Source: a bacterium
GTDB lineage: Bacteria; Hinthialibacterota; Hinthialibacteria; Hinthialibacterales; Hinthialibacteraceae
Length of the DNA: 64,000 nt
Assembly (NCBI GenBank): GCA_963662285.2
Contig: CAXXMV010000008.1
Span: 256,001-320,000, forward strand
Direction of reading: 5' to 3'
The position numbers and the translations under genes are program-made. This document shows positions 47,485 to 56,967 of the stretch, piece by piece. Each line of letters starts with the position of its first letter. Position 1 is the first letter of the stretch. The notes beneath the pieces are model-generated. The model was not told the DNA's origin, ran no database searches, and was given only the letters and a program-made list of their open reading frames with translations.

Positions 47485-48729
47485 TTAATCCAACTCGACG
47501 CTTTTATCGTTTTTCGAATAACCATAATGCTGTAGAAGATCGTAGACATCAATAATATTACCAATTTTATCTAAATGACCTTTGATGGAAACGACTTTTA
47601 ACTTATGCACTAAACGATCTGGCGCAAAGGCGCGTATGGATTTTGGAATATTATAGGGATTCTCTTTTAATCCTTTTTTCAGGATTTGCACCTTATCAAA
47701 TTCAATGGGAACATTATCCAATTCAACAATCTGCACCAGGCGTTTCTCCGTGAATTTCGCTACTGTTCCAACAGGAAAAGGGGCAACCCGGTGATTAAGG
47801 CATTTGATGGATTTCTCATCATACTTTTTACCTGCTTCCGCGTTCAATTCCCATAAGGCATCTACAGGATTATATGATAAACGGAAGAAGCGCTTGCAAA
47901 TCATACTGGAAAAAGAATCTACCACATTTAGCAAATGAGTATACGGTTCAAATTTGTGGGCGCGCAACTTAGCGGGATATCCGCTTCCGTCGCATCGCTC
48001 ATGATGCTGCCGGACTACATTAACTGTTATAAAATTTTTCTGCGTATAAAGATCGTCTACAAACAGGGCGCTTGCTTCAGGATGCTGGTGAATGATATCA
48101 AGGTCTTTGGCGCTCAATTCTGTTTGTTTTTTAATGATGCGGGAGGGAACCTTCATCATGCCAATATCAGCGAATATTCCGGCAATGGCCAATTTATGTA
48201 TGTCCGCCAAATGCTGCTTGCTATCCTTAAAATAATCCCATGCGGTCACCAGGCATAAGAAGCCAACGTTCTTGGCATGTTCATACAGGTAATCTTCCAA
48301 TGATCCTATAGTTCTTAAATGAAGCACTGATTGAAGCGTTCGCCGGGGAGGAGAGTCATCGGAAGGATTCTCTCTTCGCGTGATTACCCGGAACTCATTA
48401 TATGACTGAGCAAGAATATCATAGGCTTCTTTACGAATATCAATTGGATTTTCTATAGAATCCTTTTTATAACCGATAAAAGTACTACGAATCAAACGAA
48501 ATAGAGCATTCTCAGTCTCTTCGGAAAAGGTATAAGGCGGCGGCGCCTGAGTTTCATAGGGAAGAGGAAAATCGAGATATTCAACTTTATTCTGAACCAA
48601 AAGTTCCTTGACTCTGCTGGTCAGCGGAGCGCCTCTTTTCACAAGCAGGCGCGATTTTTTCTCATCCATAAAAATATCACACGGACTTACCAAATCCGGC
48701 AGACACATGTCTAGGGATAACCTGACCAT
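47485..48729 (-). CDS. HD-GYP domain protein, degenerate HD motif
   Basis: EHAKNV, ADIG in place of HDIG, HHERCDGSGYP. Confidence 0.82.
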   Translation of the reverse strand: MVRLSLDMCLPDLVSPCDIFMDEKKSRLLVKRGAPLTSRVKELLVQNKVEYLDFPLPYETQAPPPYTFSEETENALFRLIRSTFIGYKKDSIENPIDIRKEAYDILAQSYNEFRVITRRENPSDDSPPRRTLQSVLHLRTIGSLEDYLYEHAKNVGFLCLVTAWDYFKDSKQHLADIHKLAIAGIFADIGMMKVPSRIIKKQTELSAKDLDIIHQHPEASALFVDDLYTQKNFITVNVVRQHHERCDGSGYPAKLRAHKFEPYTHLLNVVDSFSSMICKRFFRLSYNPVDALWELNAEAGKKYDEKSIKCLNHRVAPFPVGTVAKFTEKRLVQIVELDNVPIEFDKVQILKKGLKENPYNIPKSIRAFAPDRLVHKLKVVSIKGHLDKIGNIIDVYDLLQHYGYSKNDKSVELD

Positions 48730-48760
48730 ACCATTTCTCCCAATGCAAAATCATGAACGA

Positions 48761-49627
48761 CTAACTTGACGCAATAACTTCCTGCCTCTGGCTGCCCAGA
48801 CCTTCAACGCCTAGTTCAACCACATCACCCGGTTTGAGAAATACCTGTGGATTACGACCCATACCCACTCCGGGAGGCGTTCCAGTACTTATGACGTCTC
48901 CAGGCGCCAGAGTCATGAACTGGCTCAGGTAACTGAGTAGAAACGTAACGTTAAATATCATATTACTGGTGCTGCCGGTCTGCATCCTCTCGCCATTCAC
49001 ATCCAGATGCATAGCCAGATTCTGTACGTCGTCTATTTCATCGGGAGTAACCAGGTACGGTCCCAGAGGCGCGAAGGTGTCATGGCTCTTCCCTTTGACC
49101 CATTGACCGCAATGGTCTTTCTGAAACTCGCGCTCGCTGACGTCATTCATCACGCAATAACCCGCGATGTATGACATGGCATCGGACTGCTCAACATATT
49201 TAGCCCGCTTGCCAATCACGAAAGCGAGTTCTACTTCCCAATCAGTCTGAGTTGATTTACGCGGTATCTCTATATTATCGTATGGTCCATTCAATGCCGT
49301 TACAGATTTCGAGAACAACAATGGCTCCGTCGGAACTTGCGCGCCGGATTCTTTAGCATGGTCGGAATAATTTAAACCTATGCAGAGAATCTTACCGGGC
49401 CTGGCTATCGGAGACCCCATTCGAACTGAGGTAGGATAAGTCGCCAATGAGTCTGCATTCTGCTGCAACCAGGCGGTCAGTGTACTAATGCCATTCAGTT
49501 CAAAAAAGCGGGGATCAAAATCATCTGTAAAAGATGAAACATCAATAATATCGCCGCTTGATGATATAACGCCGGGTGACTCTTGGTTTGGATCGCCAAA
49601 ACGAACGAGTTTCATAACTGTCTCCAA
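48761..49627 (-). CDS. Fumarylacetoacetate hydrolase family protein
   Basis: CIGLNYSDH, DWEVEL, NDVSER, GKSHDTF.PLGP, TGTPPGVG. Confidence 0.93.
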   Translation of the reverse strand: METVMKLVRFGDPNQESPGVISSSGDIIDVSSFTDDFDPRFFELNGISTLTAWLQQNADSLATYPTSVRMGSPIARPGKILCIGLNYSDHAKESGAQVPTEPLLFSKSVTALNGPYDNIEIPRKSTQTDWEVELAFVIGKRAKYVEQSDAMSYIAGYCVMNDVSEREFQKDHCGQWVKGKSHDTFAPLGPYLVTPDEIDDVQNLAMHLDVNGERMQTGSTSNMIFNVTFLLSYLSQFMTLAPGDVISTGTPPGVGMGRNPQVFLKPGDVVELGVEGLGSQRQEVIASS

Positions 49628-49723
49628 TTAGATTCTTTCGCATTAATTTTGATGAATACAAGGGATGAAAGAAAATATGTTTGAATAGTATACTTAGGAT
49701 AATTCATTAAATAAAAGGTTATA

Positions 49724-51490
49724 ATGGCAAGGTCGAAAAAAAGCGTAATAGAAAATTTAACCGGCATGGGTTGGGATAAAAGTATGGCCAACCTGGCTTA
49801 CAACCAATGGGGCGTATCAGCGCTTGAGGTTTTACAACAAGACCCTTTCGCCGCACTATTTATAAACCGTCAACTAAAATGGCGCGACCTGGATGTAGTC
49901 GCTCAGAAAATCGGTTTCCAGGAATTTTCTATTGAACGGATTATCGGTGGAATCCGGTACGCTCTCATTACTTCCATTAATGATGGTCACGTATTCCTGC
50001 CGCTGATCGAACTGAAACAAAGAACGTCGCAATTACTTCGTCTAGAAAATGAAGGCAATTGGCTTGAAGCCATGGAAATAATGCTGAACAAGCGCGAAAT
50101 CATTGATCGCAGCATATCTCCATCAGTTCAAGATAATGTATATCTACGCGACCTCTATACAGCGGAAAAGAACATCGCCAAACATCTGGCCAAAATGCAT
50201 TCTACGCCCTCGCGTTTGTCATTGAATGAGCCTTCTATGGCGGAGTTAGATGAAATTGAGCGGGATATTAAAGTTAAATTGGCGCCGACTCAAAAAGACG
50301 CCATCAGAGCATCTCTCTCCAATAAACTTACCATAATCACCGGCGGTCCGGGCACGGGCAAAACCACCATCGTCCGGGGCATACTCAAATTATGGAAACG
50401 ACACGGCGCCCGGATCAAACTGGCCGCGCCGACGGGACGCGCCGCCAAACGGCTTTCGGAAAGCACTGGCCGCAAAGCGTTCACCATTCACCGTCTGCTG
50501 GAATACAATCCCGACACTGAAGGATTCATGCGCGATTCGCATAAACCACTACGCGCTGATTTGATGATCGTCGATGAATCATCGATGATAGATACAGAAT
50601 TGATGGCATCCCTGCTGGACGCCCTGCCGCCATCGTGCAGCCTGCTGCTGGTGGGAGACGTTGATCAACTGCCTGCGGTCGGGCCGGGATTCGTGCTGCA
50701 TGATATGATCAAAACCGGCCTGCTATGCACCATATCTCTAAAAGAAATCTATCGTCAACAGGAAGGCAGCCTGATCTCTTCCAACGCCCAGCGCATTAAT
50801 CAAGGCCAATTTCCTGAACTGGAAAACGGCGGCATCGAAGCTGGTCAGGATTTTTTCTTTGTGCAGCGTTCATCCCCGCTTGATACGCGGGACGCCATCA
50901 CCGAAATGGTTACCAACCGGATTCCCAAGCAGTTCGGCTTGAATCCTAAAGAAGACATCCAGGTTCTGTGCCCCATGATCAAACGCGATGTGGGCGTCGA
51001 GTCGATGAACGACGCCTTGCAGGAATCATTGAATCCATGCCCCGGAAAATTCAAGGCGCCGTTCTATTCCATGTCGTTGGGCGACAAGATCATGCAGACC
51101 AAGAACGACTACCAGAAGGATGTATTCAACGGCGATATCGGTTATGTCACCGACATCTTTAAGAAAGAGAAAGGAGTAGATATTAATTTCGAGGGGCGCA
51201 CCATCCATTATGAATGGAACGAACTGGTCAACACCACCCTGGCTTACGCTGTAACGGTGCATAAATCCCAGGGCAGCGAATACCCGGCGGTTGTAATACC
51301 CATCGTGAAGCAACACTACCCAATGCTGCAACGCAACCTGTTATACACCGCAGTAAGCCGGGGCAAGCAACTGGTGGTTATCATCGGCGAGCATAGCGCC
51401 CTGGAAATCGCCATCAGCAACAACAGAATCCGCACCCGCTACACCGGCCTGCAACAGATGATCCAGGACGCATTCGCAGGAATCAAATAG
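49724..51490 (+). CDS. RecD2-like SF1B helicase (short N-terminus)
   Basis: TGGPGTGKTT, APTGRAA, VDESSM, GDVDQL, LAYAVTVHKSQGSEY, YTAVSR. Confidence 0.9.
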   Translation: MARSKKSVIENLTGMGWDKSMANLAYNQWGVSALEVLQQDPFAALFINRQLKWRDLDVVAQKIGFQEFSIERIIGGIRYALITSINDGHVFLPLIELKQRTSQLLRLENEGNWLEAMEIMLNKREIIDRSISPSVQDNVYLRDLYTAEKNIAKHLAKMHSTPSRLSLNEPSMAELDEIERDIKVKLAPTQKDAIRASLSNKLTIITGGPGTGKTTIVRGILKLWKRHGARIKLAAPTGRAAKRLSESTGRKAFTIHRLLEYNPDTEGFMRDSHKPLRADLMIVDESSMIDTELMASLLDALPPSCSLLLVGDVDQLPAVGPGFVLHDMIKTGLLCTISLKEIYRQQEGSLISSNAQRINQGQFPELENGGIEAGQDFFFVQRSSPLDTRDAITEMVTNRIPKQFGLNPKEDIQVLCPMIKRDVGVESMNDALQESLNPCPGKFKAPFYSMSLGDKIMQTKNDYQKDVFNGDIGYVTDIFKKEKGVDINFEGRTIHYEWNELVNTTLAYAVTVHKSQGSEYPAVVIPIVKQHYPMLQRNLLYTAVSRGKQLVVIIGEHSALEIAISNNRIRTRYTGLQQMIQDAFAGIK

Positions 51491-51612
51491 AATAATTTCA
51501 ATTCCTTTTTCTGATAATAATTGACACGCTCTTTTTAACGCACTGCGCCATAACAACTCAACGCCCATAATTCCAATCACCATAACACACTCACATTTCT
51601 AAACTTATAAAT

Positions 51613-51629
51613 TTGGCATTTATTTTGCA
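51613..51629 (+). promoter_or_regulatory. Sigma54 (-24/-12) promoter
   Basis: TTGGCATTTATTTTGCA gives GG-N10-GC, 56 nt upstream of the first hsp20 ATG. Confidence 0.7.
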
Positions 51630-51685
51630 AATATTTATTAACACAAAAAGTTATTCATTAACGATTATCGAAAGGAGCAACAATC

Positions 51686-52147
51686 ATGTATAATCGGTGG
51701 AATACGTTGGGAAATTTGGATCAATTACGAAACGAGATAGATCAAATTTTTCACTCATTCAGCAGCCCTGTATTGAATCAAAAAAAATTGGCATTTCTTC
51801 CTGGATACAGCGCAAGAAATTATCCGCTGATGAATTTGAGCGAGAATAATGATCACTTTTTTGTGGAAGCGCTAGCTCCCGGCATTGATCCAGAAAAACT
51901 TAATATTTCGATTACCGGCAATGTACTTACATTGTCCGGAGAAAAAATGCGAATCACGGAAGATATCAAGCCTGAATCATTTCATCGAAGCGAACGCGCA
52001 TCCGGGAAATTTGTCAGGACAATCGAATTGCCCTCAAACGTCAAACAAGACAACATAGACGCCCAATACAAAAATGGAGTGTTGTATATCACTCTTCCAA
52101 AAGTGGAAGAAGCAAAAACCAAACTAATTCAAGTAAGAGTTAACTAA
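51686..52147 (+). CDS. Hsp20/alpha-crystallin family protein
   Basis: YP.MN...APGI...HRSER..GKF.R...A.YKNGVL.ITLPK. Confidence 0.93.
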   Translation: MYNRWNTLGNLDQLRNEIDQIFHSFSSPVLNQKKLAFLPGYSARNYPLMNLSENNDHFFVEALAPGIDPEKLNISITGNVLTLSGEKMRITEDIKPESFHRSERASGKFVRTIELPSNVKQDNIDAQYKNGVLYITLPKVEEAKTKLIQVRVN

Positions 52148-52215
52148 GAAACACGAAACTTTTTTTGAACTAGAGCGATTTTCAAAAGTATATTCGTTTT
52201 CAATTACGTATCTAC

Positions 52216-52249
52216 TTCGAAAAAGCCTGTCTTTTTGGGCTTTTTCGAA
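52216..52249 (+). terminator. Intra-cluster hairpin (terminator or mRNA-stability element)
   Basis: ttcgaaaaagcc-N10-ggctttttcgaa. Confidence 0.55.
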
Positions 52250-52292
52250 TCGCCCATCAGAACTTTATTATGAAAAGCACTCTAAAGGAGTA

Positions 52293-52694
52293 ATGATCAT
52301 GGTTGAAAAAACTATACCTTCAGTCCAAGAATCCAAAGAGATGACTGCTCAGGATAAAACCCGTTCCGATAATTTTTATTACTATCCACCTGTAGATATC
52401 TTTGAGCATAATAACGAACTGGTTGTGATTGCTGATGTACCTGGAGTAGACAAAGAAAACACTAACATCAAAGTGGAAGACAACATCCTGACCGTTGACG
52501 CCAAGACCTGTGATGCTTCAGAAGGTGAATCAATCTGCCGCGAGTTCGCCTGGGGAAATTTTCATCGGCAATTTGAATTATCGGACAAGATAGACGAGAA
52601 CAAAATTTCTGCGGAATTAAAAAACGGCGTTTTAACTATTCATCTACCCATAGTTGAAAAAGCCACAAAATTAATCAACGTTAAAACGGTATAA
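52293..52694 (+). CDS. Hsp20 family protein
   Basis: PPVDIFE...ADVPGV...AELKNGVLTIHLP. Confidence 0.92.
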   Translation: MIMVEKTIPSVQESKEMTAQDKTRSDNFYYYPPVDIFEHNNELVVIADVPGVDKENTNIKVEDNILTVDAKTCDASEGESICREFAWGNFHRQFELSDKIDENKISAELKNGVLTIHLPIVEKATKLINVKTV

Positions 52695-52709
52695 AGGAGG
52701 AAACGGTTC

Positions 52710-53246
52710 ATGAATCTCACTAAACTCATTCCATGGAATTGGTTAAAAACGGAAGAAGAGCAAAATGGGATTTCTGCGCCAATTCAAAGAAGAGATTTTC
52801 AAACAAATCCCATTATGCAATTTCACCAAGGCATCGACCGGATGTTTGATCAGTTTTTCCAGTCTTATGGTTTTCCATCACTGCTTAATGATTCAGCTTT
52901 ATTGTCAAAAGACAACATGATCAAACCCAACGTTGACATTACCGACACTGACAAGAATTATTCTATTTCGGTCGAAATACCCGGCGTCGATAAGGATAGC
53001 ATTCAAATATCTCTTAATGATGGCAATCTGACGATCCGTGGCGAGAAGAAACAGGAGAAAGAAGAAAAAGACAGGAATTATCATCGAATCGAGAGGTCGT
53101 ATGGTTCATTTCAGCGGGTGCTATCACTGCCGCCAGATGCGGATAGCGACAAAATTGACGCTTCATTCAAAAACGGCGTCTTGATTGTCACTCTCCCCAA
53201 GATTCCCGGCGCAAAATCATCCGTCAAAACCATACCGATACATTAA
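52710..53246 (+). CDS. Hsp20 family protein
   Basis: LIPWNW N-terminus; PNVDI, ERSYGSFQR, ASFKNGVL. Confidence 0.93.
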   Translation: MNLTKLIPWNWLKTEEEQNGISAPIQRRDFQTNPIMQFHQGIDRMFDQFFQSYGFPSLLNDSALLSKDNMIKPNVDITDTDKNYSISVEIPGVDKDSIQISLNDGNLTIRGEKKQEKEEKDRNYHRIERSYGSFQRVLSLPPDADSDKIDASFKNGVLIVTLPKIPGAKSSVKTIPIH

Positions 53247-53267
53247 GAATTGATTGATGTATTCTTT

Positions 53268-53313
53268 ACCAAGGTGATTGGATTATAGATCCAGTCACCT
53301 TGGTTTTTATTTT
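53268..53313 (+). terminator. Rho-independent terminator
   Basis: accaaggtgattggat-tatag-atccagtcaccttggt followed by a T-tract. Confidence 0.8.
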
Positions 53314-53361
53314 ATAAAGTTATTACGAGAAGAACTCTAAAACAAAAATAACAATCCTTCT

Positions 53362-56300
53362 TTAATAGACATCCCAATCAACAACGGCAGTGGTTGAATC
53401 AAAGTTATCCGAGAAGACTACTTTATTTCCCACAATCACCTGGAAATTATCAAACTGCGCGGTCAAACCTTGCAATCCAGTTCCAGTTAATCCAGGGAAA
53501 CCGGGAGATAACTGATTATGTTCATCATCATCCCAGACCATGGTTGTCGGTATCTCATTAGAACCTCTGCCAAATATTGTTCCTTCAAGGCGCGAGCCTT
53601 CAACTGTCAGGATCATGGTATACCACTCACCGACTTTCCACGAATAATCTGTGTTATTACCCCATTTACGTAAATCGTTGAGCATATCAACGCTGCCAGT
53701 ATCATTATGGACTAACATATTGAGCGCCCGGTTGCGGTCATCAGGATTAACCCTAACGGCGACGCCTGCTCTGGCCTGATCTCCATCCACCCAATCAACC
53801 ATTTTAACATCCGCTCTAACGGTATAATCTCCGGTTCCTAAATCCAGATCAACCCAGGCATGTTTGGGATCAGTTCCATCTTCGGCTAAACAATTCAACA
53901 CGCCATCGATTATCATCCAATTGCCGCCAGTTCCGGTTACCCATTGCCCGCCCAGGCTTTGCATATTATCCGGCATATATTTGATGGTTGAATCAGTGAT
54001 ATCATACGCCAACTGGTCTACCGTCATCGAACCAGTCAACACTGCCGACATCGGGGGATTAGAATCCGGGGCGGTCAGGTCGTAACTCAACTCTGCATTG
54101 CCGGACGCATTTGATAAAGTCCAGCTAATTTGGTTATTGATGAATATGACTTCACCTTCTGAAATCTGAATATTGGAGGGAGTAAATCCACTGGGAATCT
54201 GTTCCTGCACAACAGCGTCAATAGTTTTCCCACCAAAAATTTCCAGAGATAACTTTACGCCATTGATAGTTGATCCAGCATGATAATCTTTGATTGGTAA
54301 TGAACGCGTTATAATAAAATCTGTAGGTAATTGAGTACGTAAAAACTCATGCCGTTTTTCCATGAAATACCTCATGGTATCATACGACTCCGTAATTTGA
54401 TTTCTGCGGTTATTGTTGGTTTCGCCGGAATATTGTTCTGCTAATACTAAATCTTCCAATAACAACTGCTCGGTATCATCAATAATTCCACCCATACGCT
54501 CTATCGAGAAAAGACCGTTTAACGCATTGGCAATCCGAACGATAAACTCCTGATGCAGTTCGGGAACCATGTGGAAGGGGCGCCCGACGGGAGCGTCAAG
54601 ATGCCTGCCTGTAAGTTCATTGGGACCAGGCGCCACTAAAGTTAGAGAAAAATCAATCGGCATTTTATAATACATGGGATCAGAATCGGTATAGCCAAAG
54701 GTCTTATCCACATCCCAGGGAATGATTTCCCATTTGTCATTTTCTGGATTGTGATAGAGGAAAATATTGTTCTTAAAGCCATCCCAATGGCTCAATAAAA
54801 AGGTCGCCACTTCATAGCCCATGACCTCTTCAACATTCAGATATTTCCGCACGCTCTCTTCCAGGTTTGTGGTATTAGAGGTTTTTACATATTGGAACAA
54901 TTCACGGTAATCCTCATCACCTTCATCCAGGTTATTCTTTTTGCTGTAACCGCCCGGTTCGTTGTATGCGATTTTATAAATATTACCTTCTGTATCTCTC
55001 TCATTGATTTCAATAAAATTGCTGTTGGGCTGCTGGACGGCGATGCGCTGGGAATGTTCGCCATTTTCAATCACCCGATACCAATCGCAACGCGGCGTCA
55101 ACACGCCGAAATCCCTGAAAAGATCATAAGAAATCTGCTCAACATGGGGAGACTGTCCACCCGCAGTAGTGCCTTCACGCGGAGATTCAAGGCTTAGATT
55201 GATAGTTCTATCCCCCCGGAATTCTTCGCCTTTAAGAAATTTGATTTTATGTCCATTGCGGGCTTGGTTTATTAACGACCCATCATAGACCTGCACCGGA
55301 TCATCTCCCACAGGCTTGATAACGGTACATGAAAATGACTTTGATCTACTGGGTAAATGAGTCACCTTATTTTGGAATAGCCACATTACAGGCAGTTTGG
55401 ATGGAATATCATTGTCATAGACAAAATATGATTCATAAGGACGCCGTTCATTGACATGAGGCAGGCGTAATGATGACCCGTCAAATAATTCCAAGGCCAG
55501 GTTATAACGCACCAGGGTTTGATTTGACTGAGCGGGAATGATTGCTTCAAAGGTGGCGCCGCCAACTGACTGAGCGACCAGACTCATGAATGCAGTATTA
55601 TCGCCGCTCAATTTGGCTGATGAATATATAGTAGGGGCTATAACAAAATCAGTGCTGTTGCTTCTAGAAGTATTGAAGCCGACGAATGCGATTACATTAT
55701 CGCCGCTGTGCAGCAAATCCACCGCATCGCCCAGTTCAAAGGATTCGGCTTCGCTCGATTCATGCAAACCGTTGGAGAGAGATTGATAATCATATTCTTC
55801 AAAAGCATAAGAACGCGCTACTTCAACGCCATTGATATAACAGATAAAGCCATCATCGTAAAAAATATTTAACGACAAAAAGCCAAGTTCAGCCGGATCG
55901 TCCAGAGTAATTTTCTTACGGATATAGAAGGTTGTATAATTATTCCGCATATCGGAAAGTTCGGTATTGACCTGTTCGGTGTCGCCATAGCCGAAACCGC
56001 CTTTCGATTGCTTCCAGGCGGAATCATCAAAATCCAGTGCAGTCCACTCCAGGGGAGCCGATGGTTCAGCAGTTCCCTTCCAGGTTTTCCATACATCATC
56101 ACTATTAATAAAACCACGGGGAGATTGCGCAATTCCGGTTTCCCATTGCAAAATTGCTGAAGATATCAAGTCATCAGAATCCACCCCGATCCTGACGATC
56201 ACATCATCACCAGAAGTAGGATAATCGGGTGTTATATCTATGGCCCTAATCATAGGCCGTGGAATAGTTCCATCTACAGAATTGCGTTTCCCCGGCGTTC

Positions 56301-56811
56301 CATGATCGTTATCAGAAGCCCGCCAAGTGTGAAAATCATCCGAAGGAATATCCCAGGCGACGCGCTCCAAAGACGGGCCATAACCATCCGCCCCTCGCGG
56401 CCAGGGGAAATCATCATTATACTTAAATTCATCCACTATTGTTCCATCGGGGCGTTGCAACTCAATTTTTTCCCCGCCGTTGGATAACTTTCCTTCATAA
56501 GGCCCGTAAACCGGATATGAAACATTACTCCAAATTGCATTGTTGCGAACACGGGCCAGAACCAGGTATGAATCAGTTTCCAGCGTAGTTCCATCAGGGA
56601 AGGTATAGATAATTCCCGACGTAAAAGAATATCCCGATAGATCGATGCTATCCGGTCCGGGATTGTAGAGTTCGATAAACTCGCGCAGCGAACCACCCTC
56701 TTCTTCTATATCGATGGGATCATAATTCAATTCATTGATTACAACCTCGCCAAAACTGCTCAATTGCGTTAAAACAAGTATTATTAATAAGTTAAATAAA
56801 ACGTTTTTCAT
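53362..56811 (-). CDS. Secreted lamin-tail-domain plus CotH-kinase family protein with C-terminal W-tail
   Basis: VVINELNY...EFIELYN (LTD); WDGFKNN...WEIIPWDVDKTFG (CotH); ends TTAVVDWDVY. Confidence 0.85.
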   Translation of the reverse strand: MKNVLFNLLIILVLTQLSSFGEVVINELNYDPIDIEEEGGSLREFIELYNPGPDSIDLSGYSFTSGIIYTFPDGTTLETDSYLVLARVRNNAIWSNVSYPVYGPYEGKLSNGGEKIELQRPDGTIVDEFKYNDDFPWPRGADGYGPSLERVAWDIPSDDFHTWRASDNDHGTPGKRNSVDGTIPRPMIRAIDITPDYPTSGDDVIVRIGVDSDDLISSAILQWETGIAQSPRGFINSDDVWKTWKGTAEPSAPLEWTALDFDDSAWKQSKGGFGYGDTEQVNTELSDMRNNYTTFYIRKKITLDDPAELGFLSLNIFYDDGFICYINGVEVARSYAFEEYDYQSLSNGLHESSEAESFELGDAVDLLHSGDNVIAFVGFNTSRSNSTDFVIAPTIYSSAKLSGDNTAFMSLVAQSVGGATFEAIIPAQSNQTLVRYNLALELFDGSSLRLPHVNERRPYESYFVYDNDIPSKLPVMWLFQNKVTHLPSRSKSFSCTVIKPVGDDPVQVYDGSLINQARNGHKIKFLKGEEFRGDRTINLSLESPREGTTAGGQSPHVEQISYDLFRDFGVLTPRCDWYRVIENGEHSQRIAVQQPNSNFIEINERDTEGNIYKIAYNEPGGYSKKNNLDEGDEDYRELFQYVKTSNTTNLEESVRKYLNVEEVMGYEVATFLLSHWDGFKNNIFLYHNPENDKWEIIPWDVDKTFGYTDSDPMYYKMPIDFSLTLVAPGPNELTGRHLDAPVGRPFHMVPELHQEFIVRIANALNGLFSIERMGGIIDDTEQLLLEDLVLAEQYSGETNNNRRNQITESYDTMRYFMEKRHEFLRTQLPTDFIITRSLPIKDYHAGSTINGVKLSLEIFGGKTIDAVVQEQIPSGFTPSNIQISEGEVIFINNQISWTLSNASGNAELSYDLTAPDSNPPMSAVLTGSMTVDQLAYDITDSTIKYMPDNMQSLGGQWVTGTGGNWMIIDGVLNCLAEDGTDPKHAWVDLDLGTGDYTVRADVKMVDWVDGDQARAGVAVRVNPDDRNRALNMLVHNDTGSVDMLNDLRKWGNNTDYSWKVGEWYTMILTVEGSRLEGTIFGRGSNEIPTTMVWDDDEHNQLSPGFPGLTGTGLQGLTAQFDNFQVIVGNKVVFSDNFDSTTAVVDWDVY

Positions 56812-56967
56812 GGATTAATCCTATAGCAATTTTTTTTCAAGAATTTATATATGTATTATTTAGTACTACATATAAAGTGTAATGATTTTTGATTCATTCG
56901 TCACAGAAAAATATGAAATTATGCAGAATAAACTCGATAGGAAAATGAGCGGGATTCATAATGTTTT

